From: Nitrospiraceae bacterium | GTDB taxonomy: Bacteria; Nitrospirota; Nitrospiria; Nitrospirales; Nitrospiraceae | Assembly: GCA_035573855.1 (NCBI GenBank) | Contig: DATLZU010000026.1 | Location: 3,392-67,391, forward strand | Direction: 5' to 3' | Length of the DNA stretch: 64,000 bases | Part shown: piece by piece, positions 27,063 to 38,924 of the stretch | How the letters are laid out: the number at the start of each line of letters is the position of its first letter | Numbering within the stretch: the stretch's first letter is position 1 | Made by a program: the position numbers and the translations under genes | Notes under the pieces: generated by a model | Database searches by the model: none | Told to the model about the DNA's origin: nothing | The model's input: the letters and a program-made list of their open reading frames with translations, nothing else

Positions 27063-27294
27063 TTATGACACCTCCCTTGTTGTTATGAACTGCCACGGAA
27101 GGAGATTCGGCAAGGACTATGCCATAGCATCAGCCGCACCGATCGCGCACAGTTTCTACAACCCGGCGCAGTTCCAAGGACTTGCACAACAGACTGGCGA
27201 GCACAAGTGCGGCTCTGGCGAAGATGTGTGCACAGTGCAGGCAGGACCCTACACAAGTCGAGTCAGGTGTCCATCCGGAGGACCTCAGATCGAA

Positions 27295-28635
27295 TTAGAA
27301 TCGCGTCACGCTGGAGAAATTGAAGTCCCGGATTTTCATAGCAGGCACAAGCAATTTCCCGGTCTCGGCAGTGACCGCCTCCTCGGGGAGGGTGAACGCA
27401 TCGATCTCGTTGAAGGCCCGCAGCGGACTATCATGGAACCGGAAGTTGCGCACCGCCGTCATGATCCGGCCGTCCTCGATCAAGAAGGTGCCATCCCTGG
27501 TCATGCCGGTTAAAGTCAGATCGGTGGGATTCACTGGACGGATGTACCAGAAGTTGGTGACGAGCACGCCGCGGGCCGTGCTGCGGATCAGGTCTTCGAG
27601 ACCGGGCTTCGCCGACCCATCTCCCGACAGCAGCGGCGACTCCAACGTCGCAATGTGGTCGATGCCGTGCTCCTTGGCGGTGAACCGATCGTACGACAGT
27701 TGTCGGAGCACGCCCGCGTCGATCCACGTCGACGCGTTCACAGGGAGCCCCTCGCTCGTGAATCCATAGCCGAGTAAATCAGGATGGTCCGGCCGGTTCT
27801 TCAGCGATAGCCGCGGGTCGACGACCCGTCGGTCCAGCTTGCCGCTGAACGGGCTGGTTCCCCTGTAGAACGCCTTGGCGTCCAACATCCAGATGAACCA
27901 GGTCAGAAGACCGGCCACTGCCGGCGCTTCAAGAATGACCGCATAGCGGCCGGCCGGTATCTCTTTCGCTCCAACGGACCGTTTCGCTTTGTCGATGGCG
28001 ATCTGCGTCCGTTCACGCACGGCAAGCCGATCGATCGACCGGTGCGCTGCGGAGGCCCAGCCGCTCGCTTCGCCATGCTGCGCCGTCAGGCTGAACCGCG
28101 CCTCAGTCCGTTCCTCGTGAGCGAAGAGACCGGTGTTCGCGGCCACGCCGACGGTCGCGGCGGATGACGACACGATGCCAGCCGCCGTGAGCCGCTCGCC
28201 CCGGCACAACTCGATCGCCTCCCGTGCGTACGCCAAGCGCCCGGCCGGGCCCGCCGCCGCGGTTTCCGGCCGCGCCGCAGGCCATGCTGGGTAGGATTGC
28301 GGGTCGACCGGCGGCAGATATTCTGGGTCCTCGGGAGAAACCCGCGCGAGGCGCTCGGCGCGTTTGAGCGTCTCCTGCACCGAACCCGCGGTCAGGTCCG
28401 TCGTGCCGGCGGATCCATGCCGGCGGCCGAACGCGACCGTGACGCTGAACGAGATTCGCCGCGTGTCGACGTTTTGGACGACCTGATTGTTGGCGAAGCG
28501 GACGGTGCCGCCGCGTTGATCGTGCAGCGAGACGAACGTGTGGTCGCCGCTCGAGTGTTTGAACACCAGATCGGCGAGGAATCGGAATTCGTCCCGGTCG
28601 GTCAGTTTGGGTACGGCGGCCGAGCCTTTGGTCAT
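27295..28635 (-). CDS. pmbA: TldE/PmbA-family metalloprotease partner
   Basis: Start at ATG 28635 overlaps the tldD stop (ATGA). Has the TldD/PmbA fold pattern without an HExxxH motif. Confidence 0.85.
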   Translation of the reverse strand: MTKGSAAVPKLTDRDEFRFLADLVFKHSSGDHTFVSLHDQRGGTVRFANNQVVQNVDTRRISFSVTVAFGRRHGSAGTTDLTAGSVQETLKRAERLARVSPEDPEYLPPVDPQSYPAWPAARPETAAAGPAGRLAYAREAIELCRGERLTAAGIVSSSAATVGVAANTGLFAHEERTEARFSLTAQHGEASGWASAAHRSIDRLAVRERTQIAIDKAKRSVGAKEIPAGRYAVILEAPAVAGLLTWFIWMLDAKAFYRGTSPFSGKLDRRVVDPRLSLKNRPDHPDLLGYGFTSEGLPVNASTWIDAGVLRQLSYDRFTAKEHGIDHIATLESPLLSGDGSAKPGLEDLIRSTARGVLVTNFWYIRPVNPTDLTLTGMTRDGTFLIEDGRIMTAVRNFRFHDSPLRAFNEIDAFTLPEEAVTAETGKLLVPAMKIRDFNFSSVTRF

Positions 28636-30089
28636 GACGCAGCTTGTCCTCGAATCACGTCCACGTTCCGGAAGCGCGCGTGCACGGCGGCGTGGGTCAT
28701 CCAACCGGACTGACCGGGCTGACCCTTCCCGCAGGTGACGAACCCGAAGCGGCGGCGGTGCGAACGGTCCGCCACGCCGTCGCACCGGCCCCAGAACTCC
28801 GGTGTGATGCCGTGATAGATCACATCCCGGAGCATGTGCGTGCGCCGCCCGTGCTCAATCAGCCAGAAGGCATCGCCGCCAAACTGAAAATTGTACCGCC
28901 GCTGGTCGATGCTGTAAGAGCCGTGCCCTTCGATGTAGATGCCGCGTTTCACGTCGGCGACGAGATCGTTCAGCGTGGCTGCGCCGGGCTCCAGCCCGAT
29001 GTTGGCGATCCGCACGATTGGCACGCTGCCCCAACCGTCCGCCCGGTTCGACCCGCGCGAGCGTGGCTCGCCGATCTTGGGCGCCATTTCGCGGTTCGTG
29101 CAGTAGCCGACGAAGATCCCCTCGCGCACGATGTCCCACTTCTGGCAGGTCACTCCGTCGTCGTCGTACCCCGTGGCGGCGAGCGTCTCCGGCTCGGTGT
29201 TGTCGGCCACGAGGTTTACATGCGTCGACCCATAGCGGAAGGTCCCGCGCTTGTCGGGTGTGAGAAAACTCGTCCCCGCATAGTTCGCCTCATAGCCCAG
29301 CGCGCGATCCAGCTCGCTGGGATGGCCGCAGGATTCGTGGATGGTGAGCGACAGATGCTCCGGATCGAGCACGAGATCGTAGCACCCTGGAGCCACCGGA
29401 GGAGCCTTGACTTTCTCCACCGCCTGCGCAGCGATGCGCGGCGCCTCGGCCAAGAAGTTGGCCTCGGCGATCAGCTCGTAGCCGGTGCGGAGGTGCGGCG
29501 TGCTGAAACTGCGCGAAGCGAAGCGTCCGTCGTGGACTGCGGTCGCCTCGAAGTCCCCTTGGGTCGCCAAAAGATCGAACTCCAACCGCGAGCCTTCGGT
29601 GGAGACGAACAACTTGAGATCGCGACGGGCCCAGAGGTTCGCGCGGCTGCGGACGATGCCGGGCTGCCGGTGGACGTACTCCATCACATCCAGCAGCAGC
29701 ATCGCCTTGTCTTCCAGCGGCACGGAGAAGGGATCGCTCCGCCGAGGCGTGATCACCCGGTCTCGATGGACCGGCTCGTCCGCTAGGCGCACCGGCTCGC
29801 TGAGCAGAGCGGCCGACCCCTTGGCGATCTCGATCGCCAGCTCGGCGACCTTCGGCACCTCCTCCAGGGACAGGATCGAGCTGGCCGCAAATCCCCAGGC
29901 GCCACGGTAGAGCACGCGCACGCCGAAGCCGCTGTCGCGGCTGTCCCGCACCTGCGCAATCCGCCGATCCTCGCCGTGAACGGTCTGCGTCACGCTGTCC
30001 AGAATGCGAATATCGCCGTACTCCGCGCCGACCGCCCGGACGCGCGACAAGGCCAGCTCGGCCAGTTCATCCCAGTTCGCCGCCTTCAC
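28632..30089 (-). CDS. tldD: TldD-family metalloprotease
   Basis: 485 aa. HExxxH present (TIHESCGHPSE). GFGVRVLYRGAWGFAAS matches the typical TldD N-domain. Confidence 0.88.
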   Translation of the reverse strand: MKAANWDELAELALSRVRAVGAEYGDIRILDSVTQTVHGEDRRIAQVRDSRDSGFGVRVLYRGAWGFAASSILSLEEVPKVAELAIEIAKGSAALLSEPVRLADEPVHRDRVITPRRSDPFSVPLEDKAMLLLDVMEYVHRQPGIVRSRANLWARRDLKLFVSTEGSRLEFDLLATQGDFEATAVHDGRFASRSFSTPHLRTGYELIAEANFLAEAPRIAAQAVEKVKAPPVAPGCYDLVLDPEHLSLTIHESCGHPSELDRALGYEANYAGTSFLTPDKRGTFRYGSTHVNLVADNTEPETLAATGYDDDGVTCQKWDIVREGIFVGYCTNREMAPKIGEPRSRGSNRADGWGSVPIVRIANIGLEPGAATLNDLVADVKRGIYIEGHGSYSIDQRRYNFQFGGDAFWLIEHGRRTHMLRDVIYHGITPEFWGRCDGVADRSHRRRFGFVTCGKGQPGQSGWMTHAAVHARFRNVDVIRGQAAS

Positions 30090-30412
30090 TGTTCCGGACT
30101 CAATGCGTCGTCAAAAGGTGTGGCCGGGGAGCTAGTATAGCAGTCTTCATTGGGTTCGCCATATATGGACCTGGCACATAGCACGCAGCTAACGGCCAGC
30201 ACCGCAGAGCGACTTGCTGCCGACTATCGGTCTGGCTCGCACAGTCTCCATTGCCTTCTGGGCCACCCTGTTTCACCCGTTGCCACTGAATCGCAAGCGT
30301 GTCCCCCACAATCGCCCCCACCCCACTCCCCCTCGAAGGGAAAGGGGGTGAAGCGATTAGCTATTCACCATTGGCCGCTGGCTATTTTTCAAAACAGGCC
30401 CGAGGAGGTCGG

Positions 30413-31957
30413 CTAGACGCCCGTTCCCGTCCGGGTGGCGTCCACAAACTGCTCGGTCGAGTCATCGATGGCCCGACCACGACGGCCGGGAGGCGGGAGG
30501 ATATAGAGTAGCTTGGAACTGAACCTCTCGGGGGTCGTTTCGGGCAGCTTCATCTGGTACTTGACGGGCTTCTGATGATCGGCGAGCTGCAGCATGGGGT
30601 TGTACACGCTATTGAACTTCCACAGCATCTTCACGAAATTCGTCTGTCCGCGCAGGAGATGGCCGACTGCAATCTTGGCCGTGGACTTGAGAGCGGTCCA
30701 GCCCAGGTGCTTCTTGTTCAAGACCTGTTGAGTCTTGACCAGCTCCTCGTAAAACTCGGGAAGCGGCAGCCGCGTCGGCAACACCGCGTGCTGGATGTCG
30801 AAGAGCCGGTAATCCCGCGTCTGGAACTTCCGCGCCTCAGTGCGCCAGCTTTCCGTTCCCGGATAGGGCGTATTGACGCTGATGTTCACGATTTCCGGAA
30901 TTTCCAGACACCATTCCCGGATGACCTCGAACCGTTTCCGATCCCAATCGGGGTCCGCGATCAGGTTGATGGCAACCGTGATGCCGAGCGAGCGGGCGAA
31001 CTCCAGAGCCTCGAAGTTCTTGCCGAGCGAGATGCGCTTGCGGTGCATTTTGAGGCCTTCTTCGTCGATCGCCTCGATGCCCAGGAACATGTACTGGAGG
31101 CCCAATCTCTTCCAGAACTGGAACACCTCCTTGTTGCGCAGCAGCACGTCGCCGCGCGTTTCCAAATAGTACTGCTTTTTGATGCCCTCGCGGGCGATAG
31201 CCTCCCCGATGTCGAGCCCGTGTTTCGCCTGGATGAACGCCACGTCGTCGACGATAAAAATGCCCGGTTCTTCGATCCGCTTTAGATCCTCGACGGCCCG
31301 CTCCGGGCTGACAACGCGATAACTCCGCCCGTAAAAGGTCCAGGCGCTGCAGAAGGAACAGTCCCAGGGACAACCGCGCGCGAATTCGATAGAGGCGCAG
31401 GGATCGAGCACGCCAATGAAGTACTTCCGGCGATGGCGTAGGAGTTCGCGGGCTGGGCGGAGGTGATCGAGGCTCTCAACGAACTGCGGCGGCGGCCCTT
31501 CACCGGTGAGGGCGACGACGCCGGGCACCATGGTGATGGCGCGGCGATCGTGTTCGACCGCCAGCAGGAGCTTGGCGACGGCGGCCTCGCCTTCGCCTTT
31601 CAGCACGCAGTCGATGGCCCCCGCCCCGTGTTCCAGCAATTCTTGCGCGATGAAGGACGCGCTGTGGCCACCGACGAACACAAAACAGCCAGGCAGCTTT
31701 TGTGTGGTCAGTTTCGCCAGGTCCACGATTTCCGGCACATTCGCCAAGTAGTTGCAGGAGAACGCAACCACGTCGGGCCTCCAGTCGTCGAGCACTCGCA
31801 CATAGTCGTGGTGCGTTTCCACCTGGAGATCCAGCAGCCGGACGTCATGGCCAGCCTGCCGAGCGGCTTGCGCGACCAATTCCAGACCGAGCGGCTCCAG
31901 CCGGAGATAAATCTTGGTGTACATGAGCGGACCGGGATGAACCGCAAGTACTTTCAT
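30413..31957 (-). CDS. B12-binding-domain radical SAM enzyme (class B; HpnR-like hopanoid methylase is one candidate)
   Basis: N-terminal cobalamin-binding-like domain (MKVLAVHPGPLMYTKIYLRLEPLGLELVA...) and canonical CxxxCxxC (RGCPWDCSFCS). 514 aa. Confidence 0.75.
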   Translation of the reverse strand: MKVLAVHPGPLMYTKIYLRLEPLGLELVAQAARQAGHDVRLLDLQVETHHDYVRVLDDWRPDVVAFSCNYLANVPEIVDLAKLTTQKLPGCFVFVGGHSASFIAQELLEHGAGAIDCVLKGEGEAAVAKLLLAVEHDRRAITMVPGVVALTGEGPPPQFVESLDHLRPARELLRHRRKYFIGVLDPCASIEFARGCPWDCSFCSAWTFYGRSYRVVSPERAVEDLKRIEEPGIFIVDDVAFIQAKHGLDIGEAIAREGIKKQYYLETRGDVLLRNKEVFQFWKRLGLQYMFLGIEAIDEEGLKMHRKRISLGKNFEALEFARSLGITVAINLIADPDWDRKRFEVIREWCLEIPEIVNISVNTPYPGTESWRTEARKFQTRDYRLFDIQHAVLPTRLPLPEFYEELVKTQQVLNKKHLGWTALKSTAKIAVGHLLRGQTNFVKMLWKFNSVYNPMLQLADHQKPVKYQMKLPETTPERFSSKLLYILPPPGRRGRAIDDSTEQFVDATRTGTGV

Positions 31958-32244
31958 AGGTCGAAACCTCTTTCGAAGACTCCATAGAACCAGCGGCTTA
32001 GGGGAATGATCCTGCCAGACCTGGCCGACTTGTTCAACTGACGAATCTCAGGGGGGTCCGCCGGTTGGTTCTCACAGGGGTCCTCACGGGAAGAAATTGC
32101 TTCCACCGTCTTCGCAGGCCCTCGGTTGGCGGAACCTGGAGCGGGCATAGAGCCGATAGCCCTAGAGAGCTTTGCCGTTCGCTGTTCGCACTGTTGGGCG
32201 AGCTGTTCGCTCCGCGCTACCAGCGACTCGCTGCCCTCTCCGCA

Positions 32245-33279
32245 TCAGTAGCCGATCTTCTCCCACAGCCGGCCCGGCTCCAGCGCCGAGCCCCGACCAC
32301 CCATGGCTAACGCCAAGTCGGGACGATCGGTGAAGAATCCGTCCACGCCGAAGAGACGGAGGGCCCGCAGTTCGCATCGATCATTGACGGTCCAGGCATG
32401 GACCACGAGGCCGGCACGATGGGCGCCCCCCGTGTACCAGGGCCAGGTCGTGAGGTAGCGCACCGGCGCTGCGGCCCGATCCCAGCGCGGGCTGAGCGCA
32501 TGACGAAGGCCCCAGGTCCCGATTCCAGATGCCACCGTCTGCGCCTTTTTGAGCAACGAGTTCCACCCTTCTCGGGCGATCAGCGTTTCGTCGATCAGGA
32601 AGACTCTGGGCACCTGCGGCGCCAGAGCTTGCAACCGGGCGAGGCTGTCAAGCTCGAACGACTGGAGGATCACGCGCGATTGCGGACCGACGGCCGCCCG
32701 ATCGATCCACCCTTGCGCGGCGAGCGTCTCGATCAATTGCCGCTCGATCCCCGGATAGCGGTGCGCGGATTTGGTTTCGATGTACAGGCCCGGGCGCGGG
32801 TCTTTACCCTCGGCGAGGGCGAGCACTTCGTCCAGCCGCAAGATGCGCAGGCTGCGAAACGCCGGCCGCGCCCGTTTCGGAAACCGCCGGTTGAACCAGG
32901 ACCCGGCATCCAGACGCGCCAGCTCTTCGAACGTAAAGGAGCCGACCGGTGCGCGCTCTCGGCCGGGGAAGACCTCGGCCACGTCGGTGGTGCGGGACAA
33001 ATCGTCATCATGAAAAACGATCAATACCCCGTCTCGCGTTCTCTGAAGATCCAGCTCCAGATAATCGGCGCCCATCTCGCGAGCGAGCAAGTACGCGGGC
33101 CGAGTGCTCTCCGGCGCGTAATAGGACGCGCCTCGGTGGGCGATGACGGCGGGATGAGGCATCCGCAGGGCCTGAGCCAACCGCTTGCCGCGCGAGGGGG
33201 CGCTCAGGGCCGCTCCCACCGCCAGCGCGAGACCCGCCAAGGCCACAGCGGCGCTCACCACCGTCATCAGCAGTTTCAT
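32245..33279 (-). CDS. Glycerophosphodiester phosphodiesterase, exported
   Basis: Signal peptide followed by VIAHRGASYYAPESTRPAY...ELDLQRTRDGVLIVFHDDDL. Confidence 0.85.
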   Translation of the reverse strand: MKLLMTVVSAAVALAGLALAVGAALSAPSRGKRLAQALRMPHPAVIAHRGASYYAPESTRPAYLLAREMGADYLELDLQRTRDGVLIVFHDDDLSRTTDVAEVFPGRERAPVGSFTFEELARLDAGSWFNRRFPKRARPAFRSLRILRLDEVLALAEGKDPRPGLYIETKSAHRYPGIERQLIETLAAQGWIDRAAVGPQSRVILQSFELDSLARLQALAPQVPRVFLIDETLIAREGWNSLLKKAQTVASGIGTWGLRHALSPRWDRAAAPVRYLTTWPWYTGGAHRAGLVVHAWTVNDRCELRALRLFGVDGFFTDRPDLALAMGGRGSALEPGRLWEKIGY

Positions 33280-33372
33280 GCCGTGTTCCTGACAGCCCGT
33301 TCCCGCGGCCGGCGGAGAAACGTCAACGGATGGCTTGGCTTTGTCCTTTGGTCTCGCGTATCATCACCGTCC

Positions 33373-33708
33373 ATGCTTCCGCCGGAACAGACCGCTCGTC
33401 AGCGGATTGCGGACTTGCTCTTCAACACGCGGCTGACGTCGCGGCAATTGGCGCAACTGGTCGGCATCTCTGAACGCCAGGTCGAAGACCACCTGCTCCA
33501 CATCGCGAAGACCGTCGCCAGCGACCGGTCGCGCCGCTTCATGCTGGAACCGTCCCAGTGCCGGGACTGCGGCTATATCTTTCGGGACCGGTCGCGCTTG
33601 ACCAAACCAAGTCGTTGCCCACGATGCCGGAGTGAGGCGATCACGGCTCCTCGGTACGGGATCGACCTCCTAACCTCCCGAGGCAAGACCCGCCCAGAGG
33701 GTTCGTGA
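33373..33708 (+). CDS. HTH transcriptional regulator with C-terminal zinc ribbon (COG3357-like)
   Basis: From ATG 33373: ...RLTSRQLAQLVGISERQVEDHLLHI... and CRDCGY...CPRCRS. The rest of the 436-aa track ORF is antisense to glpQ. Confidence 0.65.
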   Translation: MLPPEQTARQRIADLLFNTRLTSRQLAQLVGISERQVEDHLLHIAKTVASDRSRRFMLEPSQCRDCGYIFRDRSRLTKPSRCPRCRSEAITAPRYGIDLLTSRGKTRPEGS

Positions 33709-33845
33709 GCTGATGCACGTCGTGGACGCCGGTCGACGCGGGTGCGGCCGACGCACACCCGATTGACGCCACACACAACCTCGCCACGGTACTCTCGACC
33801 AATGTCCATCCGGCGCGTTGAGGGCGGACGTCACGCCAGCGCGAA

Positions 33846-34658
33846 TTAAGGTTCCCGACCCCTTTTCTCGGTTTTCGGAAACCACGGGAAAAAGGCACTC
33901 GTGGTTCGCTGGTAGAGCCGATACTCCTCCCCGCGGCCGGCGACAGCCTGTTCCTCGCTCGGCGGAATGCCCGTCACCTTCAGCAGCGCCCATCCCATCA
34001 CCAGCGGCCCCAGCAGCGTCACCCCCCAGTTCGGCAGCCCCACACCCATCACGACATACGCCCACCAGTGCAACCATTCGAAAAAATAGTTCGGGTGGCG
34101 CGAATACCGCCAGAGTCCCTCGCGGCACACTCGATCGCGATTCCAGGGCTTGGCGCGAAATCGAGCCAGTTGCCAGTCGGCCATCGACTCGCCGGTGACG
34201 GCGAGGAGCCACAGGAGCGCGCCGGCCAACTCCCACAGGCTAAACGTCGGCCGAGGATTCTGCATAAGGACCAGAAACGGGAGCGAGAACAGGGCGATTG
34301 CGGCGGCCTGTAATTGAAAGTAAAAAAACATTCGGACATGTTGTTGCTCCCCCCACTCCTGCCGGAGCCGCTGATAGCGCGCATCTTCCGCTTTGCCGAG
34401 CACGCGATCGATCAAGATGTAGAACCCAAGGCGAAGGGCATAGATCGATCCCATGATCGCGACGAGCCATCGGCGATCCGTGTCCCCGTGGGCGGCCCCT
34501 GCGTACCAGCAGACGATGAGGACGAGACCCAGGCACCATCCGGCATCCGCGATCGAGGCGTTCCGCAGGCGGAGTTGCAAAGCCCACAGCCCCGCCATGA
34601 ACGCGGCCATCGCGACATAAGCGGTCACGACGAGCGGAAGCGGATCGGACCCCGTCAC
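33846..34658 (-). CDS. DUF1295 / steroid 5-alpha-reductase-like membrane protein
   Basis: 270 aa, polytopic. Conserved C-terminal GLWRYSRHPNYFFEWLHWW. Confidence 0.8.
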   Translation of the reverse strand: MTGSDPLPLVVTAYVAMAAFMAGLWALQLRLRNASIADAGWCLGLVLIVCWYAGAAHGDTDRRWLVAIMGSIYALRLGFYILIDRVLGKAEDARYQRLRQEWGEQQHVRMFFYFQLQAAAIALFSLPFLVLMQNPRPTFSLWELAGALLWLLAVTGESMADWQLARFRAKPWNRDRVCREGLWRYSRHPNYFFEWLHWWAYVVMGVGLPNWGVTLLGPLVMGWALLKVTGIPPSEEQAVAGRGEEYRLYQRTTSAFFPWFPKTEKRGREP

Positions 34659-34713
34659 GGCATGTTCCTCTTGCCAAACTTGCGCCTCACGGTCACGCTT
34701 GGCGCATCGCGCT

Positions 34714-35616
34714 TCACGGGCTTTCGTAGTCCCACGGATCGTGATTACGGCCCGCGCGCCCGGCCAGCCACTCGCCGAATCCCGGCAACCGAAACGACAG
34801 CACCGCTTGGATCTTGTCGCAGTTCAAGGACAAATCCGGAGGACGGTACGGCCCAGCGTAGTCCCGAACCGACCCGGGCGCCATCTCGGCGCGGAGCTCC
34901 GACCACTGTGCAGCCAGTAGCCGGCCAATGTCCCAACGCGACAGCCGCTCGGCGCCGGCCAGATGATACAGTCCGGGCCGATTCTTTGTCGTCAATTCCC
35001 AGACGGCCCGCGCCGTGACCCCGGCGGGAATCGGGCACCGAAATTCATCGGTGAACAGCATGAGCCTCCGCCCGGCTTGCCACGCCCGTCGCATCTCTTC
35101 GACGAAACTCCGGTCCCCGGTCGGCGACCATCCGGCGTTCAACGACGTCCGCACCACCGTGTGCCTCGGATGCGCCAGCACATGCCGTTCGGCCGCCAGC
35201 TTGGTTTCGGCATACACATTGAGCGGATGGGGTTCGTCTGTTTCCATGTACCAGCCTGCGCGGCCATCAAAGACTTGGTCACTGGAGAAAAAGACAAAGG
35301 GAAGGTTTGCGGAGAGGTCGGCAAGCAGCGCCGTGACCTCGACGTTGAGCTTGCGGGCCAGAGCCGGATCGCGTTCGCAGGCTTCCGTCCGGCTCATGGC
35401 CGCGCAGTGAATGACCAGGCTCGGCTTCAAAGTCCGCCATAGCTCGCGGACCCGATCCATATCGGTGAGATCGACCTCGGAACGGCTCAGCCCCTGGACC
35501 CGCCATTCCGGTGCCCAGCGCGCGGCGGTCTTGACGAGGTAGCTCCCGATCAGGCCGCCGGCTCCGGTGACAAGGGCGATCGAGTTCGTGCCTTCCTCGC
35601 CGGCGGGACGTGGCAT
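34714..35616 (-). CDS. RmlD-like SDR (dTDP-4-dehydrorhamnose reductase family)
   Basis: Contains LVTGAGGLIGSYL and the YAETKLAAE catalytic YxxxK. About 300 aa. Confidence 0.75.
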   Translation of the reverse strand: MPRPAGEEGTNSIALVTGAGGLIGSYLVKTAARWAPEWRVQGLSRSEVDLTDMDRVRELWRTLKPSLVIHCAAMSRTEACERDPALARKLNVEVTALLADLSANLPFVFFSSDQVFDGRAGWYMETDEPHPLNVYAETKLAAERHVLAHPRHTVVRTSLNAGWSPTGDRSFVEEMRRAWQAGRRLMLFTDEFRCPIPAGVTARAVWELTTKNRPGLYHLAGAERLSRWDIGRLLAAQWSELRAEMAPGSVRDYAGPYRPPDLSLNCDKIQAVLSFRLPGFGEWLAGRAGRNHDPWDYESP

Positions 35617-35625
35617 GACGACCGG

Positions 35626-37308
<1,683 letters not shown>

Positions 37309-37463
37309 GGATGGCGAACCAGTCCTTTCTTCCGCCGTACGCTCGGAGAGCGTTCGTTTGACCGTTTGACGACTCGCGACCGAGCCGGCAGCGCGGTAGT
37401 CTAACACAGCATCAGCAGAGACGACAGGGCGCAGGCGCATCCCCTGTCCATCGGTCACGTGAT

Positions 37464-38798
37464 ATGGTACACAGGAGCGAGACCAGGGCCATTTCCGTTT
37501 CATCAACCCGAGATATCCTCTTGAACGAGCATCCGCCTTCCGCGTCGCCCTGGCGCGCCCTGCGCCATCGCAACTTCGCCCTCTTTGCGGCAGGCCACGG
37601 GTTTTCCCTGTGCGGCTCCTGGATGCAAAGCCTGGCGCAAGCCTGGCTCGTCTATCGGCTGACGGAGTCACCGCTTCTCCTGGGCGTGACGGAATTCCTC
37701 GCCCGGGCGCCGATTCTCGTTCTGTCGCTCGCGGCAGGCCTGGTGGCGGACCGAGTTCCTCGCTATCGGCTGATGGTCCTCACCCAAGTTCTGTTGCTGT
37801 TGCAGGCTGCGACCCTAGCAGCGCTCACGCTGACCGGCTTCGTGACGGTTCCCTGGATTCTTGCGCTGGCGTTGCTGATGGGCCTGATCAGCGCATTGGA
37901 GGTCCCCACCCGGCAGACATTCATGACCGATCTGGTCCCGCCGCAGGACATCCCGTCCGCCATCGGGCTGAATTCCTCGATGTTCAACGCCGCCCGGATT
38001 GTCGGCCCGTCGATCGCGGGCGTGCTGGTCGCGGCGCTGGGCGAGGGCTCGTGTTTCGTGATCAATGCCCTGAGCTACCTGGCGGTCCTGGGCTGCCTGA
38101 AGGCCATGCAGATCGCGCCGCCCCCGCCTCATCCGACGGGGAACGCCGCGAGCCAGTTCCACGAAGCGCTCACTTACGCTCGCACGACGCCCCATGTCCG
38201 CGCGGTGCTGTCCGCCGTCGCCGTCGTGAGCATCGCCGCCATGCCTTATGCCACGCTCCTGCCCGTCTTTGCGGGGGAGGTGCTGCGGATCGGCCCGGCC
38301 GGGCTCGGCTGGCTGATGGCCGCGACCGGCCTGGGCGCCTTGGCCGGCGCGCTCAGGCTCGCGCGCCGGCCCTCGGTGACCGGCCTCCCCTCATCCATCT
38401 GCCACGCCGCGGCCCTGTTCGGCGGCAGCCTGGTCCTGTTCGCTGCCAGCCGCTCGCTGTGGCTCTCCCTCCCGGCCCTGATCGCGATCGGCTTCGCCAT
38501 GGTCAGCACCTTGGCCGGGAGCAACACCCTGCTGCAATCGCTCGCGCCGAACGGCATGCGGGGACGGGTGGTCAGCCTTTATACGACCGCCTCGCTAGGA
38601 TTCACCGTTTTCGGCAGCCTGTTGGGCGGCATCGCTGGCGCGTGGATCGGCGCGCCGCTGACGGTCGCCCTCGGCGGGGTGGTCACGCTGGCGGCGGCCG
38701 CCGGGCTGCGCTGGGCCCTGCCGGGGTTCCGTAGTGATGCGGAATTCGAGCGCCTTCCGGTCCCGTCACACACGGTTCCGTCTCGATGGTCGAAATGA
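37464..38798 (+). CDS. MFS transporter (EntS/MFS_3-like)
   Basis: 444 aa with about 12 TM segments. Contains [26 protein letters not shown]. Confidence 0.8.
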   Translation: MVHRSETRAISVSSTRDILLNEHPPSASPWRALRHRNFALFAAGHGFSLCGSWMQSLAQAWLVYRLTESPLLLGVTEFLARAPILVLSLAAGLVADRVPRYRLMVLTQVLLLLQAATLAALTLTGFVTVPWILALALLMGLISALEVPTRQTFMTDLVPPQDIPSAIGLNSSMFNAARIVGPSIAGVLVAALGEGSCFVINALSYLAVLGCLKAMQIAPPPPHPTGNAASQFHEALTYARTTPHVRAVLSAVAVVSIAAMPYATLLPVFAGEVLRIGPAGLGWLMAATGLGALAGALRLARRPSVTGLPSSICHAAALFGGSLVLFAASRSLWLSLPALIAIGFAMVSTLAGSNTLLQSLAPNGMRGRVVSLYTTASLGFTVFGSLLGGIAGAWIGAPLTVALGGVVTLAAAAGLRWALPGFRSDAEFERLPVPSHTVPSRWSK

Positions 38799-38924
38799 TC
38801 GCTTGAACGCGTTGTTCCGCTGCGGGGTTGCCCAAGGCCAGGCCGTCGGCGACAATGGCCGAACGCTGAGAAGCAACGGTCCTGTGACGCGAGGCGAACC
38901 ATCGCGCACGCAAATGGAGGGATC

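Noticed and set aside
30300-30412. C/G-tract hairpin (CCCCCT...AGGGGG) and an 88-aa ORF downstream of the radical SAM gene
   Set aside because: The ORF is P/S/H-rich with no SD. The hairpin is only 6 bp and has no U-tract on either strand.
31958-32244. Possible cobalamin riboswitch in the 5' region of the B12-binding radical SAM gene (minus strand: GGTGGAAGC...GGACCCC...AAGTCGGCCAGGTCTGGCAGG)
   Set aside because: The B12-box-like stretch does not match the consensus (no GCCACTG, and the AGYCMGGAGACCKGCC core is broken). I could not draw the conserved multi-stem junction. An Infernal scan with RF00174 would settle it.
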